From an uncultured Armatimonadia bacterium (lineage in GTDB: Bacteria; Armatimonadota; Zipacnadia; Zipacnadales; JABUFB01): 34,864 nt of DNA. Where the stretch lies: NCBI GenBank assembly GCA_964423635.1, contig CAYRFY010000006.1, positions 1 through 34,864 of the forward strand, written 5' to 3'. A program made the position numbers and the translations under genes. This document shows positions 17,931-26,530 of this stretch, in pieces. Numbering within the stretch: position 1 is the stretch's first letter; every line of letters starts with the position of its first letter. The notes under the pieces are model-generated. The model made no database searches. It was not told the DNA's origin and worked only from the letters and a program-made list of their open reading frames with translations.

Positions 17931-18821
17931 CTATCCGTTCACCATCACGCCGGGCGCCAGGCGGGCCTCGATCTCATCCCACCACTGCTCGGGGCCGCCG
18001 TGAGAGCCCAGTTGGGCGTCGACGTTCTCGATGAAATGACAGTCGCTGCCGCCCGTGGAGAGCAGTCCATGGGCTTCGCAATACTCGCGGTAGACGCCCC
18101 GGAGCTCGATGGGTACGGCGGGGTGGGCGCACTCGATGCCATCGAGCAGGCACTCCTGTCGGAGGGTGTCCATGCGGTCACGGTCGGCCTCGAGGAAGTA
18201 CCCCCGGGGGTGGGCGATGGAGACCAGCACTCCCACGGCCCTGACGGTGGGCACCACCTCCGACACCGCCGGATAGCGGGGCAGATGGCCCACCTCGGCC
18301 ACCCGGGCCATCAGGTCTCCGCACTCCTCCTCTGTCTGGATGAAGCCGCGCTCCAGAAAGTACCGCCGCTGCACCGCGTTGTTCAGATGGGTCACCCCCT
18401 GCACGGCCATGGCCTTATCCGGCCGGTAGGTGCGGAGCAGCTCCTCCCGCCGCCGCGGGGAATAGTCGAACCCTAGAGCCTGCATCCCGGCGCTCACGGC
18501 CTCGCCGTACTCCTGCATCCAACCGTGATACCGCTTCCACAGCCCCTGGAGGCTCTCGGCGGCGTCGGGTGGGAAACCCAGGCAGACCAGGTCCACCGCA
18601 CCAATGGAGGTGTGCACGGTGAGCTCGGCCGAGGGCAGGTAGCGCAGATCGGGATACCCAGCGGCAAGGGCGGTGGCCTCGGGCACCGAGTCGATCACAT
18701 GGTGCTCGGTGATGGCCAGGGTGCGGAGGCCGACACGACCGGCGGCGGCGAAGACCTGGGCGATGTCGGCGCGGGCGTCATAGCTCCAGTGGGTATGAAC
18801 GTGCAGATCGTAGCTGGACAA
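17931..18821 (-). CDS. PHP-domain metal-dependent phosphoesterase (TrpH/YciV-like)
   Basis: The 296-aa ORF starts at a TTG (nt 18821-18819) with GAGGAG 9 nt upstream. Motifs are DLHVHTHWSYDA at the N-terminus, ITEHH, SIAHP and GGSDCH near the C-terminus. There is no signal peptide. Confidence 0.8.
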   Translation of the reverse strand: MSSYDLHVHTHWSYDARADIAQVFAAAGRVGLRTLAITEHHVIDSVPEATALAAGYPDLRYLPSAELTVHTSIGAVDLVCLGFPPDAAESLQGLWKRYHGWMQEYGEAVSAGMQALGFDYSPRRREELLRTYRPDKAMAVQGVTHLNNAVQRRYFLERGFIQTEEECGDLMARVAEVGHLPRYPAVSEVVPTVRAVGVLVSIAHPRGYFLEADRDRMDTLRQECLLDGIECAHPAVPIELRGVYREYCEAHGLLSTGGSDCHFIENVDAQLGSHGGPEQWWDEIEARLAPGVMVNG

Positions 18822-18936
18822 GACAGGGAACTCCTCACGGATTGGGGTTGTGCAGCGGTCGCGGGCTACTTTCGGGTGCTTCTGTCAGTCCCGAAGGACG
18901 GCCGGGACAGTGAACGACGGGCGACGGCTCTCTCCC

Positions 18937-21900
18937 CTAGTGCACCCTCACCAGGATCACGAAATCCAGCCCCAGCCCGTCGCCGAGGTTGGTCATCTTC
19001 AGCGTGTGCTTGCCCGCAGCCAACGGCAGCACCACATCCTGCCCTGCCTCGTCGGTCAGCGTCCGGAACTGCCAGTCCAGGGGGCTGTGGCCGTAACCGC
19101 CGGTGCGTTTGAATGCCAAGGCCTCCGCCGCCGGGTGCGGCACCGCGCCGTCGATCTCCACCTTGCGCCTCGTGCTCTCGCCCGCCGTGGCGTAGCGGAA
19201 GATCGGCTTGTAGCCGGCATCCGCGGGCACATCAAAATCCCACTGCAGCCAATGGCCCTCATCCTGGTGCCACTTGGTGACCATCTTGCCCATCGTGGCC
19301 TGGCGATCGGCCATGACCTCCACCTCGCCACCGCCCTGGGCGGAGAAGTCCTCGGCCTGGATGATGATCCGTTGGTCCTCTGCCAGTTGAGCCATCCAGT
19401 CCGGGGCCTTGAAGGGCACCGCCGCGGGAACCGCCCGCTCCTCCAAAGTCAGGCCACAGGCGTCTAGATCGGCCAGGACCCGCGGGGCGCAGCGATAGTA
19501 CATGCTGAAGCCCTTGCCGTAGGAACTGCCGCCCGCGCCGTAGGACAGGGCATTGGTGAGCACGTCCTCAAAGATCGGGTCCCGGGTCCAGCGATAGGCC
19601 CGGGCGATGCCCTCGACCATCAGCGGTGAGGCTCCGGCGGTGTAGCGCATGTTGGGGCAGGAGGTGTAGCGGAAGCCGTGGACCTCCTTGGAGTAGGTGT
19701 CCTCCACGAGGTACCTGGCACCGCGGATGATGCATTCCTTGACGGCCGGGTCCTGGGTCACATCATGGAAGTATGTCAGGCCCGAGAGCAAGACGGCCAC
19801 CATGAACCCGGCGTTCCCGCGATGTCTGGGCTCGCACAGGCAGTGGCCGGGAACCATCATGCGTGTCCAGCCGCCCACCTGATGGGTACGGCCGGGCTCC
19901 TTCTGGTACTCGGGCAGCTCCCGAGGCTCGACGTCCTGGGTCTCCAGGACACGATCGACCACCAGACGCGAGGCGTTTACGTAATACGGATCGTTGGTGG
20001 CGGCCAGGGCCGCGGCGTTGAGGATCAGGTGCCAGCCCGGCTCGCGGCAACTCAGGAAATCGTAGGGGCGGGAGAACTCCTTGTCGGTGAAGTAGTCGGC
20101 CACCGCCATACCTGTCTCTAGAGAGCGCTTGTCGCCTGTGAGGAAGTAGTGGTCGAAATGCCCCTCGGTCCACGCATGGGTCACCGTACCGCCGGCCTTG
20201 GGGAAGCCCAGAGTGCCCGGAACCGACTCGGTGTAAAACCCGCCCACGTGGCCCATCTGGTGCACGTAAACCAGGCCCACATTGGCCGGGTTGGCGGCCC
20301 ATTGCACCGTGTCTATATCGCGGTTGTGGATCTCGGTGGAGTCGCCCAGGAAGAACGCGGCCGGATTGCCGGAGCGGATGAACTCCAGGAAAAAGGCGTG
20401 CTGGGTGTCGTATTCGATATTGCCCCAGTTGGAGCCGCGCTCCCCGTACCAGTCGCCGTAGTTCATCATCCCGAAGTCGTGCTGGCGCTCGCGGGCGGCC
20501 TCGTACGCCACCAGATTCTTATCGATCGCCGCTTCGTAGGCCTTGAACTTCACCTCATCGCGGGGTGCGACGGAGTAGAACGCCTTGCTGTCGCAGTACC
20601 ACTCGGGCGGGGCCACCAGGAGTAGGGGCTGCTGGAACAGCCGGGCCAGGTTCTCCCGCCGGTCCGGGGGCGCCAGGCAGAGGAACAGCTCGTGGGTCTT
20701 GGCCATTCCCGTCTTGATCCGGTAGCGGCCACCCAGCAGATAGTGGTAGAGCTGATGGCCCTCCTTCTCGAAGGGGAAGGCGTCGTACAGCCCGGCCTCG
20801 AAGTCCGGGCACAGCTCGAGGCGGATGCCCTCGGCCGAGGCGCTGAGGGTCTTGGGGTACTGCTGCCAGAAGTCCCGGACCGCCACGGCGCCGGATTCGG
20901 GGGCGGCGGACAGGGCGGCACCGAGCACGCGGCCCTCCGTCGCCTGCTCGCCGCGGACAAACTCCCCATCCAGGCGCTGGTGGACCCCGGGGCCGTCGGC
21001 CTGCAGCGGCAGGGCCTCGCCCCGGGCCAGGGGCACCCTCCAGCCCTCCGCAGAGACCAGCGGGACCTCCACCGACAGGCTCTCGACCTCGGTGAACTCC
21101 TCCGGCCGGTCGTTGATGAAGGTGTGCCGGATCCGCAGGTACTGCCGTCCGCGGAAGGCCTCCACCCGCTGCTCCACTCGGAAGCAGGTGGCGCCATCCT
21201 CGGCCGTCAGACTGCCGACGGTCTTGATGACGGTGCGAACCGAGCCGTTCTCCTCCAGCGTCGTCTCGGCATCGGCCAGGACCGAGGAGTACGTCTTGCC
21301 TGCCGCGTCGGTCAGAGTAGTGAGCAGGGGCCGGCCCGAAGTGGTGGCGGCCGCCCCGCTCCTGGCATTCACGATCTGACCGTGGCGGTCGATGAGGAAG
21401 GTCATCCCGCCGGTATCGACGGTGACCCCCTCCGCCGACTGCGTAGCCATCGGCGCCGCCGTCAGCTTCCTTGAGACCCCACGCCCGTACTCCAGAGCGT
21501 ACTGGGTAGCGCCACCGGCCGGCACGTCGGTCAGTAGCGAGATCAGCACCCACTTGACGCTCCCGTCCGGCCACATTCCGGTGGGACTCACCTGGGCCAG
21601 GGTCTCCTCCCCGCCCAGGGTGAGGCGCAGGTCGTCGGCGCTGCCCAGCACGCCCTGCGGGAAAGGCACGCCCTGGGTGACGGGCCAGCCGGTGACCGCA
21701 AAGTCGTGGGGATTTCTGACGGTGAGTGCGACGGTACCGACGCTCTCCTGCGTGGGCGGGGGCTGCAGGCCGGCGGCGGTGAAGGTGATGTCGGGGCCGT
21801 GGTAGCTCTCCCCGTCGGGCTTTACGCCCACTCCGCGGCCGTGGTACGTAGCCTCCGGGTCGAGGCCCTCCAGCCGCACCTTGTGGACCATCCGCGAGCA

Positions 21901-23172
21901 GTCCTCGGTGGCGACCTGCCCGTAGCCCGTGGTGGGCCCGTACTCGAAGCGGGTGGTCGAGGGCCAACTGGTGGTCCACGACAGGCTCACCTTCCCCGAG
22001 GTGCCGGCCGGCACCGCCCACCGCGTATTGGCGACCTCGTACTCGATGCGTCGTGTCTCCGGTGGCTCGGTGAAAAACAGCACGTTGCAGATACCGTGCT
22101 TGCCATTGGCCCCCACCGCCTCCAGGGACACCTCGACCTCGGCCGCCAGGTCCCGAGGCTCGGAAAGGTAGTGCAGCCACGTGCGGTTACTGTCCTTATT
22201 GGCCACCACCACCCCCGCAAGCTCGCCGTTGATCCTGATGGCCACGCGTTCGGCGGTGTAGTCGTCGAACATCATGAAGCCCACGTAGAACCTGCCCGCC
22301 TGCGGAGGCCCGGTCCAGACGCGGCCACCGGTTCTTTGCACACTCACATGCCCGTAACGCCGACTCGTCTCCAGGTCCACGGCAAAACCGTCGCACTGGA
22401 GCCGGTCGTAGGGTACTTCGATCGTGGTGGGGGCGACGAGGAAGGGGCGCAAGACGTCGAGGCCGAAAGTCTGGGTCACTCCGGCGCTCTCGGTGAAATC
22501 CGAGGGGCGCATGATCTTCTTGCGGTCATTGAGCGCAATGCCCTCCACCACCGTCTTGCGGGTGGAATCTGCCATGGCCGGGCGCGCACCGGCCTCGGTG
22601 ACGGTATGGCACAGTGTATACAGGGCAAAGTGAACGCCCCGCTCGTCCCGGGCCAGCTCCACATCCGCCGAGATCAGCAGGGTGTTGCCGGCGACGGCGA
22701 AGGATACCGGCGGCCCGGGCTCGCGGGTACCGTCCTTCGCGTAATGGCCGGAGGTGCCGTTGCCCCCGACCACGCTGAGCATGTACTCAGTGCCGGAGGA
22801 GTCGGCCTTCGGATCACCCTGGCGGCCGGTGGTCGGGTCGGCATCGGCATCCACATACAGATGCAGAACTGTGTCCTTAGGGGTCGGCGGACCGGCGAAG
22901 GTCACCCTCCACAGATACCTGTCCTCTGCCACGTGGCCAAACTCCACGCTGAGGACGTCCTTGCCGGGGTCATAGCCCTCGGCCCCGCGCCTTTGCTCGC
23001 TCTCGAGGCCGTCCTCGATGATGGCCTGCAACGCCTCGGGGAACGTGGGGTCGGTACCCAGTGCTTCCTCGGCTGCGTCGGAGAGCCCGTCACCGTCGGC
23101 GTCCTGGGCCGAGCAGGGAAGCGGGCACCAGCAGGCAAGGGCGACGAGCACTAAGCTCAGGGGTCGGAGCAT
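18937..23172 (-). CDS. Very large secreted multidomain polysaccharide-degrading protein (PcRGLX/YetA-like core with an alpha/alpha-toroid region and a C-terminal CBM6/35-like module)
   Basis: The 1411-aa ORF starts at an ATG with GGAGGAGG 7 nt upstream and has a signal peptide (MLRPLSLVLVALACWCPLPCSA). Domains in order are:
- a Ca-binding type-3-like repeat (DADGDGLSDAAEEALGTDP)
- an FN3-like segment (VSLSWTTSWPSTTRFEYGPTTGYG)
- GWPVTQGVPFPQGVL...WPDGSVKWVL, which I recall as the N-terminal barrel of exo-rhamnogalacturonan-lyase-like (PcRGLX) proteins
- VHQMGHVGGFY...HAWTEGHFDHYFLTGD in a helical region
- a C-terminal IIQAEDFSAQGGG...WLQWDF...GYKPIFRYA...VEIDG, a typical CBM6/35 pattern

The assignment of the catalytic family is tentative. 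Confidence 0.6.
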   Translation of the reverse strand: MLRPLSLVLVALACWCPLPCSAQDADGDGLSDAAEEALGTDPTFPEALQAIIEDGLESEQRRGAEGYDPGKDVLSVEFGHVAEDRYLWRVTFAGPPTPKDTVLHLYVDADADPTTGRQGDPKADSSGTEYMLSVVGGNGTSGHYAKDGTREPGPPVSFAVAGNTLLISADVELARDERGVHFALYTLCHTVTEAGARPAMADSTRKTVVEGIALNDRKKIMRPSDFTESAGVTQTFGLDVLRPFLVAPTTIEVPYDRLQCDGFAVDLETSRRYGHVSVQRTGGRVWTGPPQAGRFYVGFMMFDDYTAERVAIRINGELAGVVVANKDSNRTWLHYLSEPRDLAAEVEVSLEAVGANGKHGICNVLFFTEPPETRRIEYEVANTRWAVPAGTSGKVSLSWTTSWPSTTRFEYGPTTGYGQVATEDCSRMVHKVRLEGLDPEATYHGRGVGVKPDGESYHGPDITFTAAGLQPPPTQESVGTVALTVRNPHDFAVTGWPVTQGVPFPQGVLGSADDLRLTLGGEETLAQVSPTGMWPDGSVKWVLISLLTDVPAGGATQYALEYGRGVSRKLTAAPMATQSAEGVTVDTGGMTFLIDRHGQIVNARSGAAATTSGRPLLTTLTDAAGKTYSSVLADAETTLEENGSVRTVIKTVGSLTAEDGATCFRVEQRVEAFRGRQYLRIRHTFINDRPEEFTEVESLSVEVPLVSAEGWRVPLARGEALPLQADGPGVHQRLDGEFVRGEQATEGRVLGAALSAAPESGAVAVRDFWQQYPKTLSASAEGIRLELCPDFEAGLYDAFPFEKEGHQLYHYLLGGRYRIKTGMAKTHELFLCLAPPDRRENLARLFQQPLLLVAPPEWYCDSKAFYSVAPRDEVKFKAYEAAIDKNLVAYEAARERQHDFGMMNYGDWYGERGSNWGNIEYDTQHAFFLEFIRSGNPAAFFLGDSTEIHNRDIDTVQWAANPANVGLVYVHQMGHVGGFYTESVPGTLGFPKAGGTVTHAWTEGHFDHYFLTGDKRSLETGMAVADYFTDKEFSRPYDFLSCREPGWHLILNAAALAATNDPYYVNASRLVVDRVLETQDVEPRELPEYQKEPGRTHQVGGWTRMMVPGHCLCEPRHRGNAGFMVAVLLSGLTYFHDVTQDPAVKECIIRGARYLVEDTYSKEVHGFRYTSCPNMRYTAGASPLMVEGIARAYRWTRDPIFEDVLTNALSYGAGGSSYGKGFSMYYRCAPRVLADLDACGLTLEERAVPAAVPFKAPDWMAQLAEDQRIIIQAEDFSAQGGGEVEVMADRQATMGKMVTKWHQDEGHWLQWDFDVPADAGYKPIFRYATAGESTRRKVEIDGAVPHPAAEALAFKRTGGYGHSPLDWQFRTLTDEAGQDVVLPLAAGKHTLKMTNLGDGLGLDFVILVRVH

Positions 23173-23299
23173 GGATCAACCTCCTCCATCGGCGCCCCCC
23201 GGTCAGCGGCGGGGTGGGCGTGGAGGAAGGGTTCACCGCCCGCGGGAAGCAGTCCTCCCGATGACCGCTGCCGGGCGTGCGGCGATCCCGTCGCTGCGA

Positions 23300-23328
23300 G
23301 GGCCCTGCCTGCAGTGGCCACAGGGCCC
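23300..23328 (-). terminator. Hairpin 20 nt downstream of the heparinase-like stop
   Basis: The arms gggccctg and cagggccc form an 8-bp stem around a 13-nt loop. There is no U-tract. Confidence 0.25.
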
Positions 23329-23347
23329 AAGGCAAGGGCGCCTCCTC

Positions 23348-26300
23348 TTACCGGCTCTTGACCCCCAGCTCCACCTCACCCGTGGCCTGCACCGCGTAGG
23401 TGTGCTCCCCGCGCCGACTCACATGCACCGCGTGGGGGATGATGAACCCGGCGCCCTCCTCGAAGTTGTACACATAGCCGGCCGAGTAGTCCTTCGGGTC
23501 GGCATAGCCCCGAACGAAGCAGACGTCGCCGAGACAGACCTTCGTCAGCTCGCCGTCGGCCTCGACTCCCTGTATGGTGTAGACGGCGTTGCGCTGACGA
23601 TCGTTGTCGATGATGATCTGCTGCCCCCGGAGGGTGTCGCCGCCGGGCAGCGGGCAATCGACCGAGATGTACCCCTTGCCCTCCATGTCCTTGTCCATCC
23701 GCGCCACATGCCCGGTGTAGCCCGCGGCCGGCAAGGACAGAGAGAACGCGCCCAGCTCCAGGCGGGCTCCGCGGCTGAGAGCGGCTCTCTCCACCTGCCC
23801 GTCCCGCACCCTTAGCCAGCCGATGCCGCCGCAGAAGGTCGGCCCGCCCTCGGCGCTGACCAAGGCTTGGTCGTCCGCGCTGGAGACCAGATAGTCCACG
23901 GCGCCGTCGGCCAATGTGACCTTCACCGCCACCGCCTGGGCTTCCTCCGGAGCTCCCGAGACAGCCAGACGCTGGACCGAGGCGATGGCCGGCGTCTCGC
24001 TGTAGGGCTCGATGATACCCGCGAAGCTGCTGCTCAGGTTCTCCTCGGCCCGGTGGGCCAGCAGATAACGGAGCAGCTTGGGATTGCCCGGCTTGTTCTG
24101 CGGCGGCTCGCCGTCGGCCAGGGCGACGTCATCCACCGGGGAGAGCGCATGGTAGCGCAGGTGGATGTCGTCCTGAGCCGTGACCCCGCGGTAGCCCTCC
24201 TCGGCCTTCCAGTCCACGACATAGTGCTCCGCGGCACCGGCCCGCTCCACATTGGTCAGCCATGAGGTGCCGTAACCGGCGCCGCGGGGCGTCTCGGTCT
24301 TGAACGGCACATCCTCCCCGGCGTAGCTGCCGCCCTCCTGCGCGGTCAGTTCCAGACCTTCACGGGTGACCTCACCGGGCGGACCGTGGAGCACGTACAG
24401 ATGGTCGTTTCCTCCGCGAATGCGGAACAGGTCAAAGACATAGCCCTGGCCCTCGGTGAGCTTGATGAAGGCCACCGTGCGCTGATAGCGCTCCACACCC
24501 GGGTAGACCTCGCGACTGTCCACGCGGGCGGCGCCGAAGTCCTCAAACTGGCAGAACAGCTCCGGGTGGCCGACCCAGTTCACGCTCTGAGGAACCTGAT
24601 CGACGATGACGGTATTGTGCGAGATGGTGTTGTTGGTGAAGTAGTTGCGTTTGGGCCAGCTCGTCGCGAACTCCGGATACCCCAGATCGGGCATCATGCA
24701 AAGGCCCCGGTAGAACAGGTCGATGTTGAGCCGGTCCAGGTGTCCGTGGCCGCCGTTGCGCCCGTAGTACATCCACAGCCCGGTCCCGTTCCGGCCCCAG
24801 CCGTACTCGATGCTCGCCAGACCGTAGCCGGCCATGTTGTGCCCGCCCTCGAAGGGGTTGCGCTCCACGGTGGCCGCCAGCCCCGCGGTCTCCCGCGAGA
24901 TCCGCTCCGGGTCGGCGTCGTGGATGTCGCGCCCCAGGCCCTCGGCGCTCTGGCCGTTGGCGTAGTACGCCGCCAGCGCGATGAGCGGGTCGCCAAGATA
25001 GCGGTACCCGCGGACGATGGTGGCTCCCGAGGCGCCGACGAGACCGATGCTCCCCGTCGAGCCGGTGTCGCCGACGTTGGGGGTGGCGTAGCCCAGCATG
25101 CCGATGTTCCAGCCCGCGGCGAAGGTCGCCTTGAACTGGGGGAAGTCGCGGTAGATGTCATTCTTGGTGTAGCCCGGATAGTCCGCCAGCCAGTCGGCCA
25201 CCGAGCCGATGTTGAGCCCCCAGCTCAGCGCATAGCCGGGGGCGGCCTCGGCCCCCACGCCGTCTCTGTCGATGCCGCCCACGATCACCCCCGGCAGCCC
25301 ACCGCCCTCGGGCTCAAACAGCCAGTCCAGCCACTGCTCGGTCTCCGGGTCTTGGTCCAGCGCCATGGCGCAGGCGGTGATGGCGCGCTGGTGCATGCCC
25401 TGATTGCCCCGGGCCGCGCCGCTGAGCACCGCCGTGGCGCCCTCCCGCAGGATGCCGTCATCGATGTTCTGGATCAGCAGCTCCCGGGTGCCCTTCTCGC
25501 CGGGCAGCTTGAACTGCTGCCCCTTGTGCGCCAGGAACTGGTACAGCTCGGGATCATCCCGTGTGCCGGAGAGCAGCGTGTCCGCCGCCCGGGCGAACCC
25601 GGTCACCACTCCGGTCTCCCAGATGTTCCCCTCCACCTTCCCATTGCCACCCCCGGAGTGGTAGTAGTTCATCTTCTGATACGGGCGAATGTCGTAGTCG
25701 GGGTAGACGTCGGCGATGCGATCCAGCAAGATGAGGCCCTTGTGGGCATAGACCTGCTCGCCGGTGAAGAGGTAGGCGTTGGCCAAAGCCGTCAGTATGG
25801 CGCGGATGTAGCTCCACTGCTTCCAGTTGAAGTAGGCGATGAACAGGTACCGGTTGCCGTCCTTGTCGAAGTACCCATAGCCGTCGTCCACGCCGTAGTC
25901 ATGGAGCGGGTCGTCCGGGTCCGGGTGCTCGGCATTGAAAAGCAGGCTTCTATCCGCCTTCTCGGGGTCGAAGACGCCGGCCTCGTCGATGCCACTGGCG
26001 TAGTAGGCCCCGAAGTCGTTGGTGGGAAACACGCTCTGGCAAGACGGGCAGGTGAGCTTCCACGGCTTGCCCAGGATGTCGGGGTTGTAAGGGTAGTTGC
26101 CGTGCTTGTCGATGTCGTGTCCGCACACGGGGCAGCCGGGGCGCACCCGAACTCCATCCACCACGTTCATGCTCACATCGATCGCCCGGGGAAGCTTCTG
26201 TCCCGGAACCAGGCTCCAGATCTGCTCGTCGCTGAGAGTGATGTAACGCCTGGCCGCATTGATCGCGCCGTCCCGCTGTTGCCGGGCCCAGTCGAACTTG

Positions 26301-26461
26301 TCGCAATTGGCGCGCAGATTCTCGATGCGCTCCTTGGTATACCAGCCGCCGTAGTCGCGGACGGCGGCGGCCGCACAGGAGCACAGCAACGCCCCGGCGA
26401 GGGTGAGCATCATCATCAGTGGCCGGAGCAGGGACGTTGTCTCTGAAAACGCGATGGGCAT
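23348..26461 (-). CDS. Secreted heparinase II/III-like polysaccharide lyase with an N-terminal CxxC...CxxC cluster
   Basis: The 1037-aa ORF starts at an ATG with AAGGAG upstream and has a hydrophobic signal (LLRPLMMMLTLAGALLCSCAAAA). The Hepar_II_III signature is GGHGHLDRLNIDLFYRGLCMMPDLGYPEF followed by ISHNTVIVDQ. The N-terminal alpha/alpha region includes YAHKGLILLDRIADVYPDYD. Cys110, Cys113, Cys138 and Cys141 form the pattern CPVCGH...CPSC. Confidence 0.8.
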   Translation of the reverse strand: MPIAFSETTSLLRPLMMMLTLAGALLCSCAAAAVRDYGGWYTKERIENLRANCDKFDWARQQRDGAINAARRYITLSDEQIWSLVPGQKLPRAIDVSMNVVDGVRVRPGCPVCGHDIDKHGNYPYNPDILGKPWKLTCPSCQSVFPTNDFGAYYASGIDEAGVFDPEKADRSLLFNAEHPDPDDPLHDYGVDDGYGYFDKDGNRYLFIAYFNWKQWSYIRAILTALANAYLFTGEQVYAHKGLILLDRIADVYPDYDIRPYQKMNYYHSGGGNGKVEGNIWETGVVTGFARAADTLLSGTRDDPELYQFLAHKGQQFKLPGEKGTRELLIQNIDDGILREGATAVLSGAARGNQGMHQRAITACAMALDQDPETEQWLDWLFEPEGGGLPGVIVGGIDRDGVGAEAAPGYALSWGLNIGSVADWLADYPGYTKNDIYRDFPQFKATFAAGWNIGMLGYATPNVGDTGSTGSIGLVGASGATIVRGYRYLGDPLIALAAYYANGQSAEGLGRDIHDADPERISRETAGLAATVERNPFEGGHNMAGYGLASIEYGWGRNGTGLWMYYGRNGGHGHLDRLNIDLFYRGLCMMPDLGYPEFATSWPKRNYFTNNTISHNTVIVDQVPQSVNWVGHPELFCQFEDFGAARVDSREVYPGVERYQRTVAFIKLTEGQGYVFDLFRIRGGNDHLYVLHGPPGEVTREGLELTAQEGGSYAGEDVPFKTETPRGAGYGTSWLTNVERAGAAEHYVVDWKAEEGYRGVTAQDDIHLRYHALSPVDDVALADGEPPQNKPGNPKLLRYLLAHRAEENLSSSFAGIIEPYSETPAIASVQRLAVSGAPEEAQAVAVKVTLADGAVDYLVSSADDQALVSAEGGPTFCGGIGWLRVRDGQVERAALSRGARLELGAFSLSLPAAGYTGHVARMDKDMEGKGYISVDCPLPGGDTLRGQQIIIDNDRQRNAVYTIQGVEADGELTKVCLGDVCFVRGYADPKDYSAGYVYNFEEGAGFIIPHAVHVSRRGEHTYAVQATGEVELGVKSR

Positions 26462-26530
26462 GCGGATGGTCTCCTTGGCTGGGTCTATAGAGGGGCTCGT
26501 TTCGGCGCGGGGAACGTCCGGGCGGGCGGA

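Noticed and set aside
20555-22180. 541-aa same-strand, off-frame ORF (and 21706..23154 +, 20692..21474 +) inside the 1411-aa gene
   Set aside because: These are extremely Arg/Gly/Pro-rich low-complexity translations. They are fully nested in a frame with a coherent domain structure.
24386-26446. 686-aa plus-strand ORF opposite the heparinase-like gene
   Set aside because: It is an antisense shadow. The minus frame carries the Hepar_II_III signature and a good RBS.
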